This document shows positions 37,323 through 46,095 of a stretch of DNA of 64,000 nucleotides, one piece after another (position 1 is the first letter of the stretch; each line of letters opens with the position of its first letter). The translations under genes and the position numbers were made by a program. Below the pieces are notes generated by a model. That model had not been told where the DNA came from and did not search any database. It saw nothing but the letters and a program-made list of their open reading frames with translations. Origin of the DNA: an uncultured Gemmatimonadales bacterium (GTDB lineage Bacteria > Gemmatimonadota > Gemmatimonadetes > Gemmatimonadales > GWC2-71-9); NCBI GenBank assembly GCA_963697435.1, contig CAVOOB010000001.1, forward strand, positions 58,390-122,389, given 5' to 3'.

Positions 37323-38771
37323 CTAGGCCTGTCGCCATTTCGTCCCCCCCTGCCCATCCTCCAGGACAATCCCCTTCCCGGCCAGTTCATCACGAATCTG
37401 GTCCGCCCTGGCGAAGTCCCGGGCCAGCCGGGCCGCCTTCCGGGCCTGGATCCGCTCCTCCACCCAGCTGGCCAGCTCGGAGTCGGCCTCCTTCGGCGTC
37501 GGAAGGACATCCAGCACGCCGGTGGCCCAGCCGAATGCCTCCCGGACCGCGGCAGATGCCCCCGCCCCGCGGTCGAGCGCCCGGTTTCCCGCTGTCACGA
37601 AGTCGAAGAGCGCCGCCACCGCCCGCGGGGCGTTCAGGTCGTCGTCCAGCGCCGCCGAGAAGTGCTCCCGGAGGTGCTTCGCGGCCCCATCCAGCTCCGC
37701 GGACGCCCCTTCGCCGACCGCGCCGCTCGCCCTGGCCGGCGCCGCCTCGAGCCGGGCCGCGAAGTCTCCCAGCCGGCGGAGCCCGGCGGTCGCCTGCGCA
37801 ATCGACTCGTCGTTCAGGTCGATCTTCTGGCGGTAATGGGCCTGGAAGAAGAAGAGCCGCAGCGCCGCCGCGTCCACCCCGTCCTCCTTCAGGTCCCGCG
37901 CCGTGGTGATATTGCCGAACCGCTTCGACATCTTGGTGCCGCGGATGTTCAGGAACTCGGCGTGCATCCAGACGCGCGCGAAGTCCGGCTTGCCGGTGTG
38001 CGCGCAGCTCTGCGCCATCTCGTCTTCGTGGTGGGGAAAGATCAGGTCCACCCCGCCGCAGTGAATGTCGAGCACATCCCCGCCCCACTTTTCACGCAAC
38101 AGGTCGAGCGCCATGGCCGAGCACTCGAGGTGCCACCCCGGTCGACCCCGCCCGAACGGCGCGTCCCACGCCGCCTGCACGGTCTCATCATCCGGCTGGG
38201 CCGCCTTCCAGAGGACGAAGTCCCGCGCGTCTTCCTTGGCATACTCATCACTGCTCACCCGGCCACTCGCCCCCGAGCGCAGTTCGCGCTGGTCGAGCTG
38301 GCTCAGCCGCCCGTACGCCGGAAACCGCCCGATGGCGAAGTACACCGACCCGTCGTCACCGCGATACGCCACCCCCTTGGCCAGCAGCGACTCCACCAGC
38401 GCGATCATCGGCGCGATGAACTGCGTGGCCCGTGGATAGACGTGGGCGGGCCTGATGCGGAGGAAGTCCCGGTCGGCGAAGAACGCCTCGGCGTAGGGCT
38501 CGACATGCTCCCGCAGCGTGACACCGGCCTTGGCCGCCGCCTGGATGGTCCGGTCGTCCACGTCGGTGAGGTTCATCACGTGAAAGACAGTCAGCCCGCT
38601 CGCCTCGAGCCACCGCCGGAGCAGGTCCTCGAAGAGAAACGTCCGGAAGTTCCCGATGTGCGCGTAGTTCCAGATGGTCGGTCCGCAGGTATAGAGCGAC
38701 ACCCGGCCCGGCGTCAGCGGGACGAAGTCCTCGACCTGCCGCGTCATGGTGTTGTAGAGCCGGAGTGTCAT
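37323..38771 (-). CDS. cysS: cysteine--tRNA ligase
   Basis: 482 aa from MTLRLYNTMTRQVEDF (ATG verified at 38769-38771), with the HIGN motif (YAHIGNFRTF) and KMSKRFGN. The ORF-track start at 38918 overextends. Confidence 0.95.
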   Translation of the reverse strand: MTLRLYNTMTRQVEDFVPLTPGRVSLYTCGPTIWNYAHIGNFRTFLFEDLLRRWLEASGLTVFHVMNLTDVDDRTIQAAAKAGVTLREHVEPYAEAFFADRDFLRIRPAHVYPRATQFIAPMIALVESLLAKGVAYRGDDGSVYFAIGRFPAYGRLSQLDQRELRSGASGRVSSDEYAKEDARDFVLWKAAQPDDETVQAAWDAPFGRGRPGWHLECSAMALDLLREKWGGDVLDIHCGGVDLIFPHHEDEMAQSCAHTGKPDFARVWMHAEFLNIRGTKMSKRFGNITTARDLKEDGVDAAALRLFFFQAHYRQKIDLNDESIAQATAGLRRLGDFAARLEAAPARASGAVGEGASAELDGAAKHLREHFSAALDDDLNAPRAVAALFDFVTAGNRALDRGAGASAAVREAFGWATGVLDVLPTPKEADSELASWVEERIQARKAARLARDFARADQIRDELAGKGIVLEDGQGGTKWRQA

Positions 38772-39691
38772 GCGCCCTGCTCGGCGGCACGGGCCGCCAT
38801 GCCGGGATCGACGTCGCCGCCGCGGACGTGGACCGTCCGCTGCGGGAAGGGGATCTCGATGCCCTCGCGGTCCAGGCGGTTCTTGAGCCGGCGGCGGAAT
38901 TCCCGCGCCGCCGCCCACTGCTCACCCGGAACAGTTCGGATCCGGGTCCGGATGACCACGGCGCTGTCGCCAAGGTCCTGGATGCCCTGTACCTCGGGGG
39001 GGCCGTCGAAATACCCCACCCACGCCGGATCGGCGGCGAAACGGGCCGCCTCGTCTTCGAACACTTTCAGCGCACGGTCTACCGGCGTGCCGTACGCCAC
39101 CCCGATGTCCACCACCGCCCGGCTCCAGGCCCGGGTCATGTTGCTGACCACGCCGATGTCGCCGTTCGGGATGGTGTGCAGCACCCCTTCGAGGTCGCGG
39201 AGCTGCACGATGCGCAGGTTCATCTTCTCTACCACACCCGACTTGCTCCCCGCCTGGATGATGTCGCCCACCGCAAACTGGTTTTCGAGCAGGACGAAGA
39301 ACCCCGCAATCACATCCTTCACCAGCGACTGCGCGCCGAACGAGATGGCCAGGCCGAGCACACCGGCACCGGCCAGAATCGGGCCGATCGGCATGAAGAG
39401 ATTCAGCGTGAACAGGGCCGCCATCAGCAGCACCACTACGCTGCCCAGGCTGCGCAGCAGCGAGGCGATCGTCGCGCTCCGGCGCTCGGTGGCGCTGAAG
39501 GTGGTGTCGTCGCCGTCGTCGGAGGCGGCAACGATCCGCGAGGCCAGCTTTCTCACCAGACGATTGGCCAGCCACGCCACACCCCAGATGACGGCGACGG
39601 CGATAAACTTCCGCGCGGCAGTGGCGGGATCGATCTTGAGAAACTCGATGATATCCTGGAACGAATCGTTCAACGATGGAAGCAGCGGCAC
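38768..39691 (-). CDS. MscS-family mechanosensitive ion channel
   Basis: 307 aa with 3 N-terminal TM helices and the MscS core (FGAQSLVKDVIAGFFVLLENQFAVGDII...GVVEKMNLRIVQLRDLEGVLHTIPNG). The stop overlaps the cysS ATG (ATGA). Confidence 0.88.
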   Translation of the reverse strand: MPLLPSLNDSFQDIIEFLKIDPATAARKFIAVAVIWGVAWLANRLVRKLASRIVAASDDGDDTTFSATERRSATIASLLRSLGSVVVLLMAALFTLNLFMPIGPILAGAGVLGLAISFGAQSLVKDVIAGFFVLLENQFAVGDIIQAGSKSGVVEKMNLRIVQLRDLEGVLHTIPNGDIGVVSNMTRAWSRAVVDIGVAYGTPVDRALKVFEDEAARFAADPAWVGYFDGPPEVQGIQDLGDSAVVIRTRIRTVPGEQWAAAREFRRRLKNRLDREGIEIPFPQRTVHVRGGDVDPGMAARAAEQGA

Positions 39692-39754
39692 CGTGGCAAC
39701 CCCTTTGGAGACAATGAATTCGAGGCGTAACCTAGACCGGGGCCGCGCGTGCCG

Positions 39755-40306
39755 TCAACGCGCTGGGCCTGACCGATAGGCGATCCTGCTCTCGCGCACC
39801 CGCCTCCCGTCTGCCAGGATCGCTGCCAGTACGGCCTCCGTCCCCTCCCCGTCCTGTAGCGGGACACGAATCCACCGACTCTGATCCGGCGCCGTATCAT
39901 CGAGGCGAAGCTCGAGGACCCGGCCGGCCTGACAGGCCTCGGCCGTCATCCAGCGATACCCTGCCGCGTCCTGGTGGAGGATACGCTCACACCACCGGGC
40001 GAGCCTGCCGAGGTCGTCGCACCGCAGCGCCACGACGGCCATTCCGCGCTGCAGCGCCCGGATCGCCGCTTCGACGTGTGGCGGGGTGAGTCCGCGCGCG
40101 TCCAGCACCAGGCGCGCCGGGACCCGGTGGACCGCGTGCCGGAGGTCCGATTCGGTGCGAAGGAACGGCCCGAACGCGGTGAGGGCGGATTCGACCACGA
40201 AGGGGCGCTGTTTGTCGCTGACCGGCACGCCGGCAATGGCGCCGCGCGGCAACGCGAGCAGGAGGGGAAGCGGGGAAGGACTGCGGACAGCATCTGTGCT
40301 CGTCAT
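39755..40306 (-). CDS. hypothetical protein
   Basis: 183-aa ORF co-oriented with its neighbours. I recognise no motif in it. Confidence 0.4.
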   Translation of the reverse strand: MTSTDAVRSPSPLPLLLALPRGAIAGVPVSDKQRPFVVESALTAFGPFLRTESDLRHAVHRVPARLVLDARGLTPPHVEAAIRALQRGMAVVALRCDDLGRLARWCERILHQDAAGYRWMTAEACQAGRVLELRLDDTAPDQSRWIRVPLQDGEGTEAVLAAILADGRRVRESRIAYRSGPAR

Positions 40307-40367
40307 CCAGGCACAGTACCGGCCAGCCGTCGGAGGACATCACCCCGGCGGCGCGTTCCGGCGCGCG

Positions 40368-41297
40368 TTAACGGCGGTCGGGCACCCTGGTCAGGAGGAC
40401 CGGCCGATCGGCACCGCGCAGCACCTTGTCCGCCACGCTCCCGAGCACCATCCGCCGCAACCCGCGAGCACCATGCGTCGCGAGCGCCAGGAGCTCCGCA
40501 TCGGCGAGGGTGGCCTCGTGCAGGATTGCTTGCGCCACACCCGGTTCGACGACCACCCGAGTGGAGACCGTGACGGCGGGGCTGCGGAGCCGGGCCGCGA
40601 CGGTGTCGAGATAACCGGCGGCCTGCTCCGTGAGCGACTTGGTGAGCGTGTCATCCAGTGGGAGCGCGGCACCCATACCCGCTTCGCCCGCGATCGGGAC
40701 GGGCGGCACGACCCTGAGGAGGATCACTTCGCTCTTCTTCGGGTCGGCCAGGGCAAGGGCCGGCGCGATGGCCGACTCCGCCTCCGTCGATCCATCGAGG
40801 GCCACGAGCACCTTCCCGAACTGTTCGGCCGGCGGAATCGCCGTTCCCTCGGTGGGGCGGATGAGCAAGACCGGCACCGTGAGCCGGCGGACCAGCGCAT
40901 CCGACACGCTCCCAAGCCAGAGGCGACTCAGGGCGCCGCGCCCATGCGTGGCCAGGACCACCAGGCCGAAGGCATTGTCCTCGGCATGACTGGCGACCTG
41001 ATCAACCACATCCCCATCGAGCAGCTGGCGGGTGACACTGGTAAACCCGCCCTCTTCGAGACGGACGGCGCAGTTCGCCAGGTACTGCTCCTCCGCGTCG
41101 CGGATGGAGGGATCGACGGTCGTGGCGGCCACGGCGCCCTCCGTTGCGATGGTCCACGGCGGCACAGGATCATGGACCCGAACCAGTTCAAGGTGTGCCC
41201 CGGTGACCTTGGAGAGGCAGGCAGCCCAGGGCAACGCCTGTTCCGAAAAGGCGGAGCCGTCGAGCGGAACCAGGATGCTCTTGATCATCGTGTCCAT
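40368..41297 (-). CDS. tandem-domain universal stress protein (UspA family)
   Basis: 309 aa with two USP halves. Each has the xLVPLDGS/VALDGS start and the ATHGRGxLxRxxLGSVxxxVxR ATP-binding-type tail. Confidence 0.88.
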   Translation of the reverse strand: MDTMIKSILVPLDGSAFSEQALPWAACLSKVTGAHLELVRVHDPVPPWTIATEGAVAATTVDPSIRDAEEQYLANCAVRLEEGGFTSVTRQLLDGDVVDQVASHAEDNAFGLVVLATHGRGALSRLWLGSVSDALVRRLTVPVLLIRPTEGTAIPPAEQFGKVLVALDGSTEAESAIAPALALADPKKSEVILLRVVPPVPIAGEAGMGAALPLDDTLTKSLTEQAAGYLDTVAARLRSPAVTVSTRVVVEPGVAQAILHEATLADAELLALATHGARGLRRMVLGSVADKVLRGADRPVLLTRVPDRR

Positions 41298-41319
41298 CCT
41301 TTCACGCGAACTCGCGCGC

Positions 41320-42612
41320 TCAGATCAGCAACAGGGCCAACGCCGTGGCGACCCCAAGATAGGCCAGTCCAGCGCCTGCGAGTCGCCGGAACTGCGAGGT
41401 GCCGAGGCCCACGGCGACCGTCAACTTGAGAATCGTGTTGCTCAGCAGGCCCAGCATGATGGCCTGCGCGGCGAGGCGAATCGTCGGCTCGTCCGTCCCG
41501 AGCCTGGCCATGGACACGGTGAGTGCGTCCATATCCGTCAGGCCAAGCAGTGCCGCGAGGGGAAGCACTCCCGGGTCACCGAATTCGCCACGGACCCAGG
41601 CAAGTGCCATCATCGCTCCCTGGAAAAGCAGCGCGAGGCGGATGGCCCCTCCCAATCGCAGCGGATTGGTGGGCGGCGCCATCGGTTCAGCCGCGGGGTC
41701 GCTCGCGGCGGTGCCGGGCCGGAACGCCCATGCCGTCAGGAGGATTCCGGCGCCGAGCGGGATCGCGGCCATCGGCAGCAGCGCCCACCCCGCAGGGGGA
41801 TTGAGAACGAACGTCAATCCCATGACGCGGAGGACCAGGAGTGTACACGCCCCGACCACCCCGGCAGCGAGGCCCATGCCGGCCTCAGGCTCCAGCCGAC
41901 TCCGTCGGGAGAAGTTGAGGGTGACTGCCGTCGAGGAAATGAGCCCGCCGGCGAGCCCGGCATAGGCATATCCGCGAGTCACTCCCACGGCCCCGCGCGC
42001 GAGGAATCCAAGGAAGTTCAGGCCCGAGAAGAGCAGGACCAGAAGCCAGAGCGTCTGGGGATACACGCCGCCAAGGGGGCCGTAGGGTCCCTTCGGCATA
42101 AGCGGCAGCACCACCAGGGCGAGTACCGCAAACTGGAGCGCGCCGCGCAGCTCCCAGTCGTCTATGCGCCTGACGAACTCGTGGATTCGGCTCTTCTCGT
42201 TCAGTGCCAGCACCACGACCACCCCGGCGGCGCTCGCCAACCGCAGATGCCCCAGTCCGGCAATGACTCCGAGCCCGAGCACCACGAGCGCGGCCACCTC
42301 GGTGGTGCCGTCCGGATCGAGGGACCCGCGCCGGCTCGCGAGCACATACGCCGCCGCGACGAGCAGGGCGGCGCCCGCGAGCAGGACGGCCGAGAGCGCC
42401 ACCGCCCCCGTCGTCAGGAGAACGCCGGCCAGCCCTCCCGCCCCGCCCAACAAGAAGAAGGTCCGGGCGCCCGCGAAGCGGGCGTCCGGACCTTCGGCGT
42501 GCCCAGACCACTGACGCTCTATGCCGACCGCAAGGCCGACGAGCGCGGCCACGCCCATTCCCATCGCCGCCTCGGAGGCGGAAAAGGGAGAGATCGTGGC
42601 CGCGCTGAACAC
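41320..42612 (-). CDS. MgtC/SapB-family membrane protein with DUF4010-like C-terminal half
   Basis: About 430 aa, polytopic, with an N-terminal VGLAVGIERQW motif. Probable GTG start at 42612 (AAGGAG 4 nt upstream, 2 nt after the upstream stop). The ORF-track start at 42696 would overlap the upstream gene. Confidence 0.75.
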   Translation of the reverse strand: MFSAATISPFSASEAAMGMGVAALVGLAVGIERQWSGHAEGPDARFAGARTFFLLGGAGGLAGVLLTTGAVALSAVLLAGAALLVAAAYVLASRRGSLDPDGTTEVAALVVLGLGVIAGLGHLRLASAAGVVVVLALNEKSRIHEFVRRIDDWELRGALQFAVLALVVLPLMPKGPYGPLGGVYPQTLWLLVLLFSGLNFLGFLARGAVGVTRGYAYAGLAGGLISSTAVTLNFSRRSRLEPEAGMGLAAGVVGACTLLVLRVMGLTFVLNPPAGWALLPMAAIPLGAGILLTAWAFRPGTAASDPAAEPMAPPTNPLRLGGAIRLALLFQGAMMALAWVRGEFGDPGVLPLAALLGLTDMDALTVSMARLGTDEPTIRLAAQAIMLGLLSNTILKLTVAVGLGTSQFRRLAGAGLAYLGVATALALLLI

Positions 42613-42613
42613 A

Positions 42614-43144
42614 CTACTCCTTTGGAGCCGGCGAGGGAGCCGCCGCCGCCCCGCAGCCCGCGCCCTTGCAGCAGTCCATGCCGGGGCTGCAGGCACCCTT
42701 CCCGCCCATCATGCCACCCTCGCCGCCCATACCTCCCATCTCCTTCATCCCTTCCATACTCTCCATGCCACCCATCATCATCTGCTTCAAGTGCTGATGC
42801 ATCATCTTCAGCATGCCCTGCATCATCAGGCGATCCTGGACCATCGCGTTCACGACCGCGGCCATCGCCTCCATCTTCTTGTTCCCGCTGGCCTTGTTCA
42901 TGGCCTCGGTGAGATCGGCGATCTGCACGTTGGCGGAGTCCATCTTGGCCATCATGGCCATGCAGGGGCACTCCCCGCTTCCACCGCAGCCCATCCCGGC
43001 ACCCATCCCGGGGCCCATACCGTGTGCGTGGCCCGCCATCGGTGCCGCGGGAGCGGCGGCCGAGTCCTGGGCCCAAAGTGGAGTGGCGAGGAGAAGCGGG
43101 GCAGCGAGTGCGATCAAGGCAAGGCGACGCATGTCAGACCTCAA
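42614..43144 (-). CDS. secreted Met/Gly/His/Cys-rich protein (putative periplasmic soft-metal binding protein)
   Basis: 176 aa with a signal peptide ending LWAQD. The mature part has about 28 Met by hand count (MMMGGMESMEGMKEMGGMGGEGGMMGG), an HAHG motif and 7 Cys (CPC, CC). Confidence 0.7.
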   Translation of the reverse strand: MRSDMRRLALIALAAPLLLATPLWAQDSAAAPAAPMAGHAHGMGPGMGAGMGCGGSGECPCMAMMAKMDSANVQIADLTEAMNKASGNKKMEAMAAVVNAMVQDRLMMQGMLKMMHQHLKQMMMGGMESMEGMKEMGGMGGEGGMMGGKGACSPGMDCCKGAGCGAAAAPSPAPKE

Positions 43145-43155
43145 CGAGAGAGATG

Positions 43156-43989
43156 TCAGAGCGGAACAGTCAGGACGGCACAGAGCGCCGAGTGCAGCAA
43201 CCCACGGGCAACACTCCCACCCTCGACAATCCCAGGTGGGCCGCCGCGATGATAACCGAACGCCAACAACCTGGCTCTCGCCTCCGCGGCTTCGGCGAGA
43301 AGTTCAGTCAGCACATTCCCCCGCCGGATTCGCAGGTCCGTCGTCACAAGCCCCCGGTCCAGGGTGCGGTTGAGCCGGAGCGTACGTGACGCCGGGAGGT
43401 TGGCGGCGAGTTCGTCCGGCTCGTTGAGCCAGACTGGCTCGACGGTGACGGCACGCAACGGCGCCTCGACTGTCCGGGCGAAGTCGGCGGCGACCTGAAA
43501 GACGGAGGCGCTGCGCTCAGAGGCGTCGAGGCAGACGAGCATCGGTCCGAAATCCTCGCAATCGACGCCGACGAAGAGGCAGGGGACCCGGCTCCGCCGG
43601 GCCACGGCATCCGCGGTGTCGCCGAGGAACATCCGCTGGCGCTGGGTGCGCTGCTTGCGACCGAGAACCAGCAAGTCGCCATCGTGCTCTTCCGCGTACC
43701 GGGGAATCTCGATGCCAGGAACGCCCGAGAGCACCGTGAACGCCGGCGCTATTTTCGGCGCGGCGCGCTTCACATCCGCCTCAAGGCTGCGCGAGAGGTC
43801 GCGGAGAAGAAGCTGAGGTTCCGGTTCCGAGTGTGGAGCGGCCCCGCCCGCCTGGCTCGAGGTCGCAGGGCGAACGGAAAGCACGGTCAGCCGCGCGCCC
43901 GCCTGTTCGGCGGCACGCGCGGCGACCAGCACGGCGTGGTGACCGGCCTCAGATTGGTCTGTAGCCGCAACCACATGCCGAAGCTCCAT
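43156..43989 (-). CDS. tandem-domain universal stress protein (UspA family)
   Basis: 277 aa with two USP halves (VVAATDQSEAG...DLLVLGRK...GDTADAVARRSRVPCLFV; LVCLDASERS...GGSVARGLLHSALCAVLTVP). Confidence 0.8.
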   Translation of the reverse strand: MELRHVVAATDQSEAGHHAVLVAARAAEQAGARLTVLSVRPATSSQAGGAAPHSEPEPQLLLRDLSRSLEADVKRAAPKIAPAFTVLSGVPGIEIPRYAEEHDGDLLVLGRKQRTQRQRMFLGDTADAVARRSRVPCLFVGVDCEDFGPMLVCLDASERSASVFQVAADFARTVEAPLRAVTVEPVWLNEPDELAANLPASRTLRLNRTLDRGLVTTDLRIRRGNVLTELLAEAAEARARLLAFGYHRGGPPGIVEGGSVARGLLHSALCAVLTVPL

Positions 43990-44114
43990 TCAGATGTGCT
44001 CCGCGATGGGTGACCCCGCATTCTCGTCTGAATCCCTTGAAGAGAGCATGAAGGAATCGACAAGATACGAGCCGCCCTGCCCCCGCTTCCTCACAATTGC
44101 ACTAGCTTTCTGAC

Positions 44115-45356
44115 ATGGCCCGCCCCCCTTCGCCACTCCCTCCCCCCCCGGAACGGCTCGAGCAGCTCGTCTCCGCCGGCCTCCTCCTCACCTCCGAGCT
44201 CTCCCTCGAGGGGGTGCTGCAGCGGGTAGCGGAGTTGGCGTGCCAGCTCATCGGGGCGCGCTACTCCGCGATCGGTGTCCTGTCCGAGGACCATCGCCGA
44301 CTCGACGCCTTCGTGACAGCAGGAATCGACGAGAGCACCAAGTCCCACCTTGGCCCGCCGCCGGAGGGGAAGGGGGTGCTCGGCCTGGTGATGCGGGAGC
44401 GCCGGATCATCCGATTGGCCGACCTGCAGTCGCACCCCGCGTCCGTGGGGTTCCCCCCGGGGCATCCGCCCATGCACTCCTTCCTCGGCGTGCCGATCGA
44501 GCGGCGGCGCGGTGTCTTCGGCATCCTCTACCTGACCGAGAAGCTCGATGGCCCGGAGTTCACCGGCGACGACGAGCACATCGCGCGGCTCCTGGCGGCG
44601 CAGACCGGCGCTGCCATCGAAAACGCACGGCTGCACGAGGAGAGTGCCAGGCTGCTGGAGGAGGTGCAACAGCTGCAACGCTCACGCGAACGGTTCTTCG
44701 CGATGGTCAACCACGAGCTGCGGAACGCGCTGGCAGGGGTCTACGGTTGGGCGGAGATGCTGGTCCGCAAGAAGGACCCTGGCACCGTGCCCAAGGCCGC
44801 GTTCGAGGTGCTCGATTCCGCCGAACAGGCCATCGCCCTCGTCAACGACCTGCTCGACCTCAGCCGGCTGGATGAGGACCGCCTCAAGCCCGTCTTCCGC
44901 GAGGTCGAGACGACGGTGATGGTCCAGCGCGCCATCGGGAGAGTCACACCGCAGACCGATGCGCACGGCATCGCCGTCGAATTCGACTCCAGCCACGACG
45001 GCGGCACCATCCAGACTGACGCACACCGGGTCGAACAGATCCTCATCAACCTCCTGGTCAATGCGACTCGTCACGCCCCGACAAAGTCGACCATCCGCGT
45101 CCACCTCCTCGGGGATCGCGCCAGGATCCGCATCGAGGTGCTGGACGAGGGGCCGGGCGTCGCCGTGGAGGACCTCGACCGGATCTTCGATATCTACCAG
45201 ACGAAGGGATCCGAGGGCGTGGGTTTGGGCCTCCCCCTCTCCCGGCGCCTGGCCCGCCTCCTCGGCGGCGACCTGCGGGCGGAGGCCCGCCCCGATGTGG
45301 GCGGCTGCTTCATTCTGGAGCTGCCGGGTGGCGGTAAACTAAAGAACCCTTCATAA
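44115..45356 (+). CDS. cytoplasmic GAF-domain sensor histidine kinase
   Basis: 413 aa with no TM segment. It has a GAF region (GKGVLGLV...SFLGVPI...GILYLTEK), an H-box FFAMVNHELRNAL, and an HATPase region (NLLVNATRH, DEGPGV, GLGLPLSRRLA). Confidence 0.9.
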   Translation: MARPPSPLPPPPERLEQLVSAGLLLTSELSLEGVLQRVAELACQLIGARYSAIGVLSEDHRRLDAFVTAGIDESTKSHLGPPPEGKGVLGLVMRERRIIRLADLQSHPASVGFPPGHPPMHSFLGVPIERRRGVFGILYLTEKLDGPEFTGDDEHIARLLAAQTGAAIENARLHEESARLLEEVQQLQRSRERFFAMVNHELRNALAGVYGWAEMLVRKKDPGTVPKAAFEVLDSAEQAIALVNDLLDLSRLDEDRLKPVFREVETTVMVQRAIGRVTPQTDAHGIAVEFDSSHDGGTIQTDAHRVEQILINLLVNATRHAPTKSTIRVHLLGDRARIRIEVLDEGPGVAVEDLDRIFDIYQTKGSEGVGLGLPLSRRLARLLGGDLRAEARPDVGGCFILELPGGGKLKNPS

Positions 45357-45399
45357 TACCTTCCGGTAGCGTTCACTCGATCCTCATAGCTTGGTCAGC

Positions 45400-46095
45400 A
45401 TGAAAGTTCTCGTCGTGGAGGACGACCGTAAGGTCGCCGGGTTCATCGAACAGGGTCTGAAGGAAGAGGGCTGGACCGTGGACGTCGCGCCGGACGGCGA
45501 GGAGGCCACGATGCTGGCCCACGTCTATCAGTACGACGTCATCCTGCTCGATGTCGTGTTGCCGAAGAAGAACGGTTTCCAGGTCGCGGCAGAACTCCGC
45601 CGCGAGGGGCGCAACACCCCCATCCTGATGCTCACCTCGCGGGACGCGGTGGAGGATGTGGTCCGCGGTCTCGACGCGGGCGCGGATGACTACCTCGCCA
45701 AGCCATTCCGGTTTGAGGAGTTGCTGGCCCGGATGCGCGCCCTCGTCCGCCGGGGCGGTGCCGAGCGTCTCGAGACACTCCGCTACGGCCCGCTCTCCAT
45801 GGATCGGCTCCGTCACGAAGTGCGCATGGACGACAGTCCCCTGGACCTGACGCCCAAGGAGTTTCAGCTCCTCGAGTTCTTCCTGCTGCATCCGGAAGAG
45901 GTGGTCCGGCGGACCACGCTGCTCGAGAAGGTCTGGGACATGCACTTCGACCCCGAGAGCAACGTGGTGGACGTCCATGTCGGCAACCTCCGCCGCAAGC
46001 TGGCTGCGTCGGCCGGCGGCAACTTGATCACTACCGTGCGGGGGGTCGGCTTCTGCCTCCGCGCGGCGAACACGGCCGCCACCCGCTCCGCGTGA
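45400..46095 (+). CDS. OmpR/PhoB-family response regulator
   Basis: 231 aa from MKVLVVEDD, with receiver Asp (ILLDVVLP) and a winged-helix output (LTPKEFQLLEFFLLHP...VDVHVGNLRRKL). The ORF-track TTG start at 45391 is also possible. Confidence 0.92.
   Translation: MKVLVVEDDRKVAGFIEQGLKEEGWTVDVAPDGEEATMLAHVYQYDVILLDVVLPKKNGFQVAAELRREGRNTPILMLTSRDAVEDVVRGLDAGADDYLAKPFRFEELLARMRALVRRGGAERLETLRYGPLSMDRLRHEVRMDDSPLDLTPKEFQLLEFFLLHPEEVVRRTTLLEKVWDMHFDPESNVVDVHVGNLRRKLAASAGGNLITTVRGVGFCLRAANTAATRSA

Noticed and set aside
37133-37510. 125-aa ORF translating the octamer repeat as ASLPPCLPASLPPCLP
   Set aside because: It overlaps the tRNA-Thr gene, the promoter and the cysS 3' end. An 8-bp unit cannot be maintained as a coding repeat without frame rotation. 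The rest of the ORF is Arg/Pro/Gly nonsense.
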